Shown: positions 11,060 to 21,476 of the stretch, piece after piece
Layout of the letters: each line of letters opens with the position of its first letter
Position numbering within the stretch: position 1 is the first letter of the stretch
Source: Octopus bimaculoides
Taxonomy: Eukaryota
Length of the DNA stretch: 39,004 nt
NCBI RefSeq assembly: GCF_001194135.2
Contig: NC_068981.1
Location: 71,159,774-71,198,777, forward strand
Direction of reading: 5' to 3'
The notes under the pieces: generated by a model
Database searches by the model: none
Told to the model about the DNA's origin: nothing
Seen by the model: the letters and a program-made list of their open reading frames with translations, nothing else
Position numbers and translations under genes: made by a program

Positions 11060-11243
11060 TAGTATTAGGGTTTTAGGGTTAGGGTTCGGGTTTTAGAGTT
11101 AGGGTTAGTTTTAGGGTTAGGGTCAGGGTTATGATTATTTTTGCCATAAACTAACTCATAACCCTAACCCTAACCCTAAAACCCTAACCCTAACCCTAAC
11201 TCTAAAACCCGAACCCTAACCCTAAAACCCTAAACCCTTACTA
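11060..11243. repeat. Interstitial telomeric repeats, (TTAGGG)n facing (CCCTAA)n with a 21-nt spacer
   Basis: Direct reading. The variant units TTCGGG and TTTTAGAG appear mirrored in both arms. Confidence 0.95.
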
Positions 11244-11321
11244 GGGAATAATGATATTATTACCAGGGAATAACGATATTATTACCAGGGAATAACGATA
11301 TTATTACCAGGGAATAACGAT
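11242..11321 (+). repeat. 22-bp minisatellite (CAGGGAATAACGATATTATTAC), about 3.6 copies
   Basis: Period of 22 seen directly. Confidence 0.9.
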
Positions 11322-11771
11322 CTAGACACCGACAAAAATTATTGTTTACAAAAACAGCAGTAACTGTATTCAGCTGAATAGACATCAGTGATTGGTTGAA
11401 ATTACAGAAATACGACAACTTAAACATGAAATAACTTGCGATGTACAATTTTTTGTTGAGAATGCTAGGAGAAAAAGATGTTTTATATGACACATTCTAC
11501 CAGTGTCCCAAGTTTGAAAGTGTTTCGTTAAGAAAACAAGTGGTGCCCGTCAATTCAGAAAGATCCAATACTTTTTATTTGGTTTCCTGAAAGTGCAATA
11601 TTTAATGAAGAATAAGAGAAAGAGGGAAAAATCTCTTCGTCGAAACAAAACTGCGGAAGAAAACCAAAGCTTTCAGGTAGGGACCGTCAGACTCTTACGC
11701 GAATTGTTAGAAAGGATCATAAAAGTTTCCAAACTGTGACGTTTTGAACATTTTAATTCTCACAATAAATC

Positions 11772-11772
<1 letters not shown>

Positions 11773-11840
<68 letters not shown>
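11773..11840. repeat. (GATA)n microsatellite
   Basis: Visible tandem repeat. Confidence 0.95.
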
Positions 11841-11842
<2 letters not shown>

Positions 11843-13019
11843 AGTGAGTGAGAGTGTGTGTATATGTATACATATATATTTGTTGCCCATTTTTTGAAAA
11901 TATTTCGCTAGGACTAATTGCGATGTACTCTATAGGGTACTCTGTAGAGTATTCTGTAGAATACGCATGTTCTTAGAAACTAATTCTATGCTAAATCAAT
12001 ATGAAATGTAATACATCATAAGATAATTTTATTAGTTTAGATGGGCAGTCTTATGTTCTATACTTGTGACTACCTGTCACAGAGGGTTTCTTATTAATAC
12101 TCCGCCCCGTCGATCAATACATTTTACAATACAGATCTGAATTAAAGTTCTTGAAACAGAACTTTCTGTTACAGCACAATTGCTATGAAGTAAGCTCATG
12201 TAGGAAAGGTTAACCGTTTTGTATACCCCTTCACCCTATTTACTTGTGAAGCAAACATAACTAATTAGCAATTTTATGAATATTTATTGGGCGCTTTTGG
12301 CGGAAATACCTCTCTAAAACTGAATATAGTGTAAAACCGAATATAGAGTACGATTATGCCTTATATATGGGGTGTCTATGAGTGTTCATGCTTTTCTCTA
12401 ACATTTAAAATAAAGTACAAGGCGCGTACTGAGTGTAGAAGGGGTCGTTCAATTGATTGACAACTGTCCAAATGAACTGTACCCATGTTCCTATTTTGTT
12501 ATTCAAACAATGGATAAAATGCTTTGCAGCATTCAGGGTTTAAGCCCCCACTCTCATCTTGACTTTGTCTTTCATTTTGATGAGTTCGATTCAAAAACTA
12601 ACGTTGCTTAGTTTACATTGTAGAAACTTTAAGTTTACGAGAATAGTGAAGCAATGAGTTTTTGAATAGGCAAATACAATGTTTTTGACTCGATATGCAA
12701 AATATGATTATGATAACTACGAATAACTGCTTTTGAATAAGTCGTTAAATTCTACATTTTTGTTGTTATTGCATTTTCTTCTTGCTTTTTGGGGGTTTTT
12801 TTTTGTTACATGTCATTAATGCTCAGTAAATCCAGTGTGTGACATATAATCCTGAAATATCATTGAAGTCCTGGAATTATTAAATAAAGCTTTTGACATT
12901 GTATGCTTTTCATAATTTTATAATATAGTAATGCAGGGAGTGAAATTACCTACTCTTCTTACACACGTGACAGTGCATTATAACTTACTTCCTACTACAA
13001 AAACCATGTGATTATAAAA

Positions 13020-13175
13020 TGGCGGCAACATGCTAAAGACCAACATGGAGGCACACCGGGCCGACTTGACATCCGCATTTTATCCAAGCACCCGAAGGAC
13101 CCATTACTCAGACAAATGCAGGAATACGTCCTCATAAATGAAACATCCCCCATACTAAATAGAAAACACCTGTAG
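13020..13175 (+). pseudogene. Penelope-like element GIY-YIG endonuclease C-terminal fragment
   Basis: Open frame WRQHAKDQHGGTPGRLDIRILSKHPKDPLLRQMQEYVLINETSPILNRKHL* fits the PLE endonuclease tail pattern W.H....H.G...D.L.RQ..E.V.I....LN.K. It is followed directly by a decayed hammerhead-like hairpin. Confidence 0.6.
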
Positions 13176-13229
13176 AAGGTAGTGATACCCCAATAACCAC
13201 AGAATATATCTACACAGGTACAGTTGTTA

Positions 13230-13791
13230 GTAGGCAGTTATGTAGACAAATATCTATAGGTAGGTAAATGGACATGTAGGTAAGCAGATAGATACATAGG
13301 TAAGTAGAAAGATAGGTACATAGGTAATACGGAGAGACAAGCACACACACATACTTATACAAAAGGAGACAAAACCACGTGACCATATACACACACACAT
13401 ACACGTATACACACAAAGACACATATTGAGACACACATCCATACATAACAGACGCACGTATATAGTTACACAAACCCATACACATAGACACACTCAAACA
13501 CGCATCCAAGGAGACAGAGGTACACACACAAACACACAAACACACATACATACAAATACGCACACACAAAAACATGAATATGCAGAATACATACATACGT
13601 ACACACGCATACATACATATATGTATACACACACACACACGCACAAGCACACGCATACAGATATACAAGCATACATACATACATGCATGCATACATACAT
13701 ACATACATACATACATACATACATACATACATACATACATGCATGCATACATACATGCAAACATACATACATACATACATACATACATACA

Positions 13792-13822
<31 letters not shown>

Positions 13823-13870
13823 GTCTATATACATGCACGCTAACGCACACACATGCGTACAAACAAACAA
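13230..13870. repeat. Large compound microsatellite block, (TAGG)/(CA)/(TACA)n
   Basis: Visible; it accounts for the HTYI/MYVC low-complexity ORFs in the ORF track. Confidence 0.9.
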
Positions 13871-14860
13871 AAGGAACGCAGCGTCGAAAACGGACAGAGT
13901 CAACAACTATGGAGAAGGTTGCAAGAAGGAACGAAAATTCTGGAAGAAAAAAATAATAAGTATACAAATTGAGTGGAAATCGAACCGGTGAGTGTGTCAG
14001 TTAATAAGGCATAAAGACAAAATGGCTCCCCACAGACACAGCAAAATATGCTTCAGCGCACGAATTCACATAGAGAATCTTGCAAAGCAGATACAAAAAC
14101 GAAGTAACGTAACTAGTGATTTACAAAAAACTAGGGAACATGTCCTGCTATAAAATAGCAGTTATTTCTCACCCTTCTGTCATTAAGGAACAATACACTG
14201 GATAAGAAGAATGGGATGCACTCTTTTCAAAAATAAGATGGAATGGCATTTATTTGCAGATCGCTGCTAAATAAGAGCAACTATTGATTTCGCGCATGTG
14301 GGCTGAGATGATCAATCGTTTGAACTAACTCCAGTACATTACTAGTTTTTATTCATGAACCAGAAGGTATGAAGGTAAATATTAACCTTGGTGGAATTTG
14401 GATTCATATCATTACGTGATATGATAACGGATTTTCTCCGAATCTCTAGTTTCTGCCAATTCACTATTCAAGCAACGAATTAGCATCATTTAAAAGTATC
14501 ATTTACACTGGCTCTCAGAAACTCCTGCACACATGATCTAATACTGAACAACATCAGTAAAAGTACAAGCCAAATGATTATCCGAGTGTGCAAGAGCAAA
14601 AACAAGAAGAAAAAGCAAGCAAAATAAGGAAAACACAATATGCAAAGTCAATGCAATTATGTTTTGAGAGAAAAGGTATCAGGCTCTTCAAAACTAGTGA
14701 CGGAAAATCAAAAACAAAAATGGAAAGAGAAAATGCATGATTCGGAGATATAACATGTTTGTATGGAAGACAAAAGGTAGCAGAGTGTAAATGCCGTTTT
14801 GCGATTAAGAGTAAGATCACCCAGAGATATAAATATGATAAGACAGATGGGTGTAATGAA

Positions 14861-15271
14861 ATGAAGTACGCTTATGTATTAGTGTAATCGAATGGGTAGT
14901 GAAGTGTGCCGAAAAGACTGTGCGAAAATAAGTACAGTAAAATATTAGATGACCTGGGAAAAACTTCATTGTATATGGGTGTGAACTGGATGAGAAAAGT
15001 GCATTCGATCGTACGAGTAGAAACAGCTCAGTGCAGTGTACATAAGTATGTGCGCAATGTCTGAAAGCATATATAGAGAATTTTACTGCGGCCATGCTGG
15101 AGCACCACCTTTAGTAGAGCAAATCGACCCCAGGACTTATTCTTTGTAAGCCTAGTACTTATTTTATCGGTCTCTTTTGCCGAACTGCTAGATTACGGAG
15201 GACGTAAACACACCAGCATCGATTGTCAAGTGATGTTGGGAGGGACCAAACACAGACACACAGACATATAC

Positions 15272-15324
<53 letters not shown>

Positions 15325-15926
15325 NNNNNNNNNNNNNNNNNNNNNNNNNNNNNNNNNNNNNNNNNNNNNNNNNNNNNNNNNNNNNNNNNNNNNNNNNNNN
15401 NNNNNNNNNNNNNNNNNNNNNNNNNNNNNNNNNNNNNNNNNNNNNNNNNNNNNNNNNNNNNNNNNNNNNNNNNNNNNNNNNNNNNNNNNNNNNNNNNNNN
15501 NNNNNNNNNNNNNNNNNNNNNNNNNNNNNNNNNNNNNNNNNNNNNNNNNNNNNNNNNNNNNNNNNNNNNNNNNNNNNNNNNNNNNNNNNNNNNNNNNNNN
15601 NNNNNNNNNNNNNNNNNNNNNNNNNNNNNNNNNNNNNNNNNNNNNNNNNNNNNNNNNNNNNNNNNNNNNNNNNNNNNNTATATATATATATATGCACGCA
15701 CAAAATTCTCTATATATGCTTTCAGACATTGCGTACGTACTTATGCACACTACACTGAACAGTTTCTACACGCACGATCGAATATACTTTTCTCATCCAA
15801 TTCGCACACTTATACAATGAAGTTTTTCCCACGTCATCTACTAATATTTTACTGTACTTATTTTCACAGTCTTGCCAGCACACTTCACATCCCATTCGAT
15901 TACACGCATACATAAGCGTACTTCAT
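14861..15926. repeat. Pair of ~224-bp inverted repeats (14861-15084 and 15702-15926) enclosing a SINE, (TA)n and a gap
   Basis: The reverse complement of the left arm aligns along the full length of the right arm (AAAATTCTCTATATATGCTTTCAGACATTGCG...CATAAGCGTACTTCAT), roughly 85% identical by eye. Confidence 0.85.
15088..15275 (-). mobile_element. 3' half of the octopus SINE family seen at 1524 and 29034
   Basis: GCGGCCATGCTGGAGCACC..CCCCAGGACTTATTCTTTGTAAGCCTAGTACTTAT is the reverse complement of the 3' part of the 29034 copy. Confidence 0.85.
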
Positions 15927-16074
15927 AGAATGAAAAACGCTTAGGTAGGTAGGTAGGTAGGTAGGTACGTACGTATGTGCGAACGCACATAGAAAGGAGA
16001 GTCGTTGAAATTCAAGCATAGGCGTTGGTCAATGTGTGTGGGAATGATTTAGATGAAGGCATGACGGTTAGTAG

Positions 16075-16253
16075 TACCGGTAAAAACTGGAAGTAGAAGA
16101 TTAATCGTTTTTCATAGTGAAATATCGGACCAGAGTACGTGATATTGTGAAGTACCTCAAAAAGGCGGTTTAGGTGAAAGTAGTAGGAAAATTAAAGTAG
16201 TGGTCTACAGGCCTGATTAAACCGATGTTATTGTTTAAGATGTCCAATAAATG
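16075..16253 (-). pseudogene. Decayed Penelope-like GIY-YIG endonuclease fragment
   Basis: Minus strand HLLDILNNNIGLIRPVDHYFNFP... and, after disruption, YEKRLIFYFQFLP. Compare the PLE motifs EH..DI.NN...PVA.HFN and E.RLIF.L.TL.P. Confidence 0.45.
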
Positions 16254-16295
16254 TTAACTAAAATGATTTGCCAAATGATGAACAATAAGCGACAA

Positions 16296-16400
16296 AGGTG
16301 ATATTGAATACCTTAGGTGATATTGAATACCTTAGGTGATATTGAATACCTTAGGTGATATTGAATATCTTAGGTGATATTGAATACCTTAGGTGATATT
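16296..16400 (+). repeat. 19-bp minisatellite (TAGGTGATATTGAATACCT), about 5.5 copies
   Basis: Period of 19 seen directly, with one C>T variant unit. Confidence 0.95.
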
Positions 16401-16473
16401 TCTGGAGGTGCAGGTGATGGTGCCTGTGACTCTTCTAAAACTCATCCCCACAGTTGCTCATACATGCTGTTCA

Positions 16474-16479
<6 letters not shown>

Positions 16480-16567
<88 letters not shown>

Positions 16568-16582
16568 TCTCTCTCTCTCTCT
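16480..16582. repeat. (CT)n microsatellite
   Basis: Visible tandem repeat. Confidence 0.95.
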
Positions 16583-16867
16583 CGAATTTAAGCACTTATA
16601 CACACAGAGCACCATCCTTTTTTCACGCATATACTTAATACATACATACTCACACGCCCGACACAAGAAATCATTTCTATCTATAGATTCCCGCACACTC
16701 TACCGCCAGACTCCCACACACCTACATTCATCCACTCACGCAGTGGTGCCATACAAACTCCACTTATGAACTACTCACTATACGCAAATATTCTCACACA
16801 ATTTGCCTTCACTCTTTACTCATTCGCTAAAGCACATACTTCATACATTCTTCAATTCAACTCACCA

Positions 16868-17028
16868 CTGTAATAGTGTAATAACAATATCATCGAAACA
16901 AACGGTAGTAGCCACACGGAACGTTGCAACAATCTTTTAAGAACCAACAATCCAACACGCTAACTCGAACTGTGAACTTTGAACTCCAGCTTTGAACTAT
17001 CAACACACGAACTGTAGAACTAGCACGA
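16868..17028 (-). mobile_element. Partial LTR copy (direct repeat of 19180-19325)
   Basis: It shares long blocks such as CAACAATCCAACACGCTAACTCGAACTGTGAACTTTGAACTCCA with the LTR at 19141-19358, and lacks both TG/CA termini. Confidence 0.8.
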
Positions 17029-17254
17029 TGATTTTATTTAAACCACAAGGGTTAAATAAAGAGAGGACAATACACGAGACAATAGGGGTCGGGGACTTAT
17101 CGAATGAGACTACATATATGAATACATACAATATAATTTTGGATGAAGCTGAAAGAATGAACGGACGCGGATTAGGTTTGACCCCCACCAACCACATTCC
17201 TGAGTTGAACCGTTTACTTGGTACTTTTTGTTTCTTTAACCCTCTTAATTAGGC

Positions 17255-18135
17255 ACTTACCCAACATTCGGGATACTTTCTTCCATCGTTTTTCTTCTCC
17301 GGGCATGATTTCCCTTTTAAGTAACCTAAAAAGAGTTTAACCAAAGCATTCCCGGAGACGAAAACGCTGACGTGGTACCCCCTTCGCCAGCATTGCTCGT
17401 TCAGGAGAGAAGCACGAGCGCCTGTTGACACTCTGCTTGCCAAGCTCCCAGCCTTGGTCTACGCCTGATCCGGAATTCCAGTTCACCAAAAGAGGGGTAT
17501 CTGAGAAATATCTCTTCAACGAACGGAGACCACACCCGCTCACAGTCCAGGTAGAGCCAGAGATATCTCAACATCAGCGCATGCCTGCGCATCTTTAGCC
17601 ACGGCATCCCTAACCTACCCTTTAGCGACTGTTGGCAGCAGATAGAGCGCCTTACAAGAGGCCGCCTGCCCTCCTACAAGAACTGAAAGAGCATGCGTTC
17701 CAACTTGTTTAGCCACGATTCGGGACAAGGCATGACGGTTAGGCGATAGGTAATGACAGATGGATAAATACATCTCCGCCCTCCCTTTCAGGGATAACCT
17801 CTGCCCAGTTCAAGTCTCAGTTATGGCCACCCTGCCCGTAACCTCGCTCCAATTCGTTTTTATATGGAAGTCTGAACCAAACCAGACACCAAGCATTTTC
17901 ACCGGACTGTCTGTGCAGCGTCCGACGACGCTGTTGGACGGCATCGACTTGCCTCTCCAGGTGCCGAGCTGCAAGCCGACCAACTTATCCAGGTTAATTC
18001 TTGCTCCTGCCACCACTTCGTAATCCTTTAGGGCCTCACCTACCCTCTGTAGGTCCTGGTCTCTGGATTCGATCACAGTGACATCATCTGCATGCGCTGT
18101 GACTCACTTTCCATACCCTAAATCTAAGTCGCAAC
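17255..18135 (-). pseudogene. L1-clade (Tx1-like) LINE ORF2 fragment: RT catalytic motif to post-RT region
   Basis: Minus strand VTAHADDVTVIES (YADD>HADD), ..ARINLDKLVGLQLGTW..VKMLGVWFG..NW.., then VITYRLTVMPCP...LFQFL*EGRRPLVRRSICCQ..LKGRLGMPWL. Stops and frameshifts are present. Confidence 0.85.
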
Positions 18136-18139
18136 CACT

Positions 18140-19080
18140 CTCCGCTGAAGACACCTTAGAACTTTTTGTGTTTGAGCCTCGTAGTCTTGTTCTACAGTGA
18201 GAACTCCTGTGTCCCAGTTTCTGACAGCTATAGCACATTTTGTTTTTAAACGGACAATCCTTTTTGTAGTGTAGGCCTCAACAATCATAATACCGATTGG
18301 GGCCCGACACTCGTTTTTGTGCTTCCGGAATGACACATTTGAATTTTTGCTGGGTTGTTATCTTGTATTTTTTTTCACATCATGTTTAAGATTTACCATA
18401 GTCTGACATTCTTCTGCGATGGTTTGTAGAGATAAATCCTGGTTCGCTTGCTCCATTTTCGAGAGAATCCTTGCCTGAATTTCTTTATCTTCAGGTGCTA
18501 TAAATCCTTGCACGAAGATAAGTGGTTTGAACATATCTTGAGTGAGATCCTAGAGTTTGAAAGTTTCGCACATATGGTTGACTACTCCGGCATAAGTCAT
18601 AAAATCACCCTCCTCATTTTTTGCTAAGTTCCAACTCTCCATTTTGGTGTTGGATAATGAACTTCTATCACAAAAAATTTTTGAAAGCAGTTCCACAGTT
18701 TCTTGGAAACCAATCTCACTCGACTTTTTGAGCAAAACAATGTTACAGTAACGCACATGTTCAGGAGCTTTCTTGCGTTGTAAAAGCCTTACTTTCTGCT
18801 CCTCCGACCATTATTTCCACTCGTTGTTAAAAATTTCTTCGTATCTTCTGTAATACGCAGGAAACGTAATACCCTCCTCCGGAAGGAAATTACGTTAGCC
18901 ACGCCGCCCGGCGTAAACGAGCTTGCTGGATTTTCGGACTTCGCTGACGGTAACTCAATTAATAGTTGTTGTAGGTGGTGGTGCTGTATTTGTTGTTGGT
19001 GGTATTGTATTTATTTTTGCAACTCCTGTAGTTGTTTCTGTTGCTTCTCTTGAAGCTGTACTACTGCGCCTAATACGTTT
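18140..19080 (-). pseudogene. Ty3/Gypsy (K02A2.6-like) gag fragment with CCHC zinc knuckle
   Basis: Fragments EGITFPAYYRRYEEIF..WSEEQKVRLL, RYCNIVL..FQETVELLSKIF..LAKNEEGDFMTYAGVVNHMCETFKL, and the zinc knuckle CYSCQKLGHRSSHC (18235-18194). Multiple stops and frameshifts; no protease or pol follows. Confidence 0.85.
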
Positions 19081-19125
19081 TCCGTGACGCAAGAATTGTC
19101 AAATAACCAATAGGAGTTTCGCACG

Positions 19126-19138
19126 ATCCTCGTCGCCA
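19126..19138 (-). promoter_or_regulatory. Primer-binding site complementary to the tRNA-Ser(GCU) 3' end
   Basis: Minus strand TGGCGACGAGGAT, 2 nt inside the LTR's CA end. The plus strand ATCCTCGTCGCCA equals the 3' end of metazoan tRNA-Ser(GCU) as I recall it. Confidence 0.75.
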
Positions 19139-19140
19139 GA

Positions 19141-19358
19141 TGTTATATCATTGTGGATAAACAAATACACAGTAACGGTGTAATAACAATATAATCGAAA
19201 CAAAAAACAGTAACCACACGGAACATAACAACAATCTTTTAAGAGCCAACAATCCAACACGCTAACTCGAACTGTGAACTTTGAACTCCAACTTTGAACT
19301 TTCAACACTGTGGAACTAGCACGAACTACCTTACTTACTCAGACCGCTACTATTTACA
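19141..19358 (-). mobile_element. 5' LTR (218 bp) of the Gypsy remnant
   Basis: On the minus strand it starts TGTAAATAG and ends ..GATATAACA, immediately followed by the PBS and gag. Confidence 0.8.
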
Positions 19359-19379
19359 TATAATGGTCCAATCCATTCT

Positions 19380-19450
19380 CGCCAGGGGGCGTCATACTCT
19401 CGCATAACAGAATCCGACACCCTAACCATTAAGCCACGTACCTTCATGCA
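19380..19450 (-). mobile_element. tRNA-derived SINE head fragment
   Basis: Minus strand GAAGGTACGTGGCTTAATGGTTAGGGTGTCGGATT, a degenerate A-box-containing head with no complete cloverleaf. Confidence 0.45.
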
Positions 19451-19969
19451 TTTTATATTACTGATCCAAAATTTGTTGTTTTTATTTTCAAATTTTCTTT
19501 AGTTTGTCCTTCCTATTATATTAACGAAGTACTATTGTCTGAAACGTCGATTTATCTTTGTTTTTGTTTTTTCTTTTCTTTGCAATGCTGCTTTCTTATT
19601 AGTTCTTAATAGCAATTATCTGAGCAGCAACACTTTAGCTTTTGAAATGTACAATACATTTCTTAGATATAATTTAATTAGTTTTACGAGAGGAAATTAC
19701 ACGGTTACTTTGAAAAATATACGATTGTTCGAAATTTGTAGAAGAGAACGAAATTGACAATTTATTTGAAATTATATTTTCTAAGAAGCGTTTGACTCTT
19801 AAGATGATGCAAAAAGCGACGTAGCTATATTCTTTGTTACACACCAGTCACCTCCTCTAACTTAAGAGTTACTATTTTTTTTTGTTTATTTGTTTTACGT
19901 CAAGAAGCAAGATGAAACAGAAGACAATCTATATTATTTGCTAGAGTACAACTAAGATAGTATAGATAT

Positions 19970-19978
19970 ACATGTGTG

Positions 19979-20013
<35 letters not shown>

Positions 20014-20235
20014 GTGTCTCCATCTGCGTGTGTGAGTGTATGCATGTATATATGTACACGTATAAGATATACACACACAGACACGCATATACATACACAT
20101 ATAAGTGCATGTGTGTATGTGTGTGTGTGTGTGTGCCCATCTCTTTGTGTTCATGTACACATGTAGGCGTATGAGATATACACACACGCACACACATATA
20201 CATATAAAAGTGTGTGTGTGTGTGTGTGTGTGTGT
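19970..20235. repeat. Compound (TG)n/(CA)n microsatellites
   Basis: Visible tandem repeats. Confidence 0.9.
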
Positions 20236-20515
20236 AGTGAGTTTGATACCTGGACCGCGCTGTATGTTGTGTTCTTGACCTCACGTTGCTCCAGTTCACT
20301 CAGCTATAGAAATGAGTTGCAACGTCACTTATGCCAAGCTATATCGGCTTCTGCCTTTCCTTTGGATAACACTGTTGACGTGCAGAGAGAAGGCTGGTAC
20401 GCATGGTCTTCTATACTGCTGGTCTTCTATAAGCAACCTTATCTGGACTCGTGCCTCAGAAGGGCACTTTCTAGGTGCAATCCTGCGGTCATTCATGACC
20501 GAAGGGAGCCTCTTA
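20235..20515 (+). mobile_element. SINE (5'-degenerate), related to the 8225 copy in its head region
   Basis: TTGTGTTCTTGA..TTGCTCCAGTTCACTC is shared with 8295-8345; the 3' tail is GGTCATTCATGACCGAAGGG. Confidence 0.55.
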
Positions 20516-21249
20516 TCATATTCAAGATATTAATTTATGAATCAGTTGTTTAACGAATAATATAGTGTTGTATGTTTTATCCTATATTCGTTGTCTTTCC
20601 ATTCTTCAAGTTAGTATGGCAGATTAATATCGTATATTAATAGATCAAATAAGGAGACTCACTTTTTAATATGACACTGTACAAAACACCCATGTTACCA
20701 CTATTGTCGTTACTTTTGTTTTATAATTAGTAGTTTATTTCTGCTGGTGTTATACTTTTCGATTGCAATAATTAAACAAATCGATTATTCTGTTGAATTT
20801 GAAATTGCATAAAGTATATTGTGAATGTTTAGGCTTAACTGCTGTTTCGTTCTTCGGATATTATTAGCGATAGATTGATAAAAATAATAGAAGTCCATTT
20901 ATAAGTGATGTCAGGTTGCACGATGTTTACAATGTGCAGTATCTGCCATACGATCAAAAATTCTAATTGGATTCTTAATTAAAACATCATGTGTTCGTCC
21001 AGTCATAACATACACATTCTGTGTGTGCCATAAATATCGCCATCCGTTAGAGAAAAAATTTGTAGTTTGGAATCAGTAGTTCTTTGACTACTATTTCTGA
21101 ATTCTCAGTATGTTGGAGAAGCAGGCTTCTGCTAATCCCTGTATATTTATGATTATAAATGATTTTACCGATAAAGGTCTTTTCATACTGAGCTACTCGG
21201 CAAAATTGTTAATTATTAATTTTATTACTAATTGACGATTCCCTGCCCT

Positions 21250-21257
21250 ATATATCT

Positions 21258-21288
<31 letters not shown>

Positions 21289-21374
21289 TATATATNNNNN
21301 NNNNNNNNNNNNNNNNNNNNNNNNNNNNNNNNNNNNNNNNNNNNNNNNNNNNNNNNNNNNNNNNNNNNNNNNNN

Positions 21375-21409
<35 letters not shown>

Positions 21410-21476
21410 TCTATACATGCATACATACATACATACATACATACATACATACATACATACATACATACATACATAC
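21250..21476. repeat. (TA)n/(TATG)n/(TACA)n microsatellites around a gap
   Basis: Visible tandem repeats. Confidence 0.9.

Larger units (their letters stand above)
10700..11570. repeat. Long imperfect inverted repeat (fold-back) enclosing head-to-head telomeric-repeat tracts
   Basis: Outer arms ~10700-10975 and ~11305-11570 are reverse complements (e.g. GGATCTTTCTGAATTGGCGGGCACCACTT vs AAGTGGTGCCCGTCAATTCAGAAAGATCC). Inner arms are at 11060-11134 and 11156-11243. Confidence 0.85.

Noticed and set aside
11060-11243. Genuine fusion of two different chromosome ends
   Set aside because: Both arms share the same variant-repeat order and sit in matching outer arms, which points to duplication of one sequence. 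Kept as a fold-back finding instead.
13210-13991. Long ORFs of the MYVC/HTYI type (also at 2235, 4559, 19900, 21232) and poly-K/L/R/S ORFs at 36332-36806
   Set aside because: They are translations of microsatellites with no protein-like complexity.
16296-16400. Regular 19-bp repeat (and the 22-bp repeat at 11242) as a CRISPR array
   Set aside because: The units are contiguous with no unique spacers, there are no cas genes, and the context is eukaryotic. These are minisatellites.
17049-17243. piggyBac-like AGGGTTAA and TTAACCCT ends
   Set aside because: They face outward, are only 8 bp long, and have no extended TIR.
16056-17742. Shared 16-mer AAGGCATGACGGTTAG at 16056-16071 and 17727-17742
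   Set aside because: The similarity does not extend and the two sites lie in unrelated TE relics. Treated as chance or an unresolvable micro-fragment.
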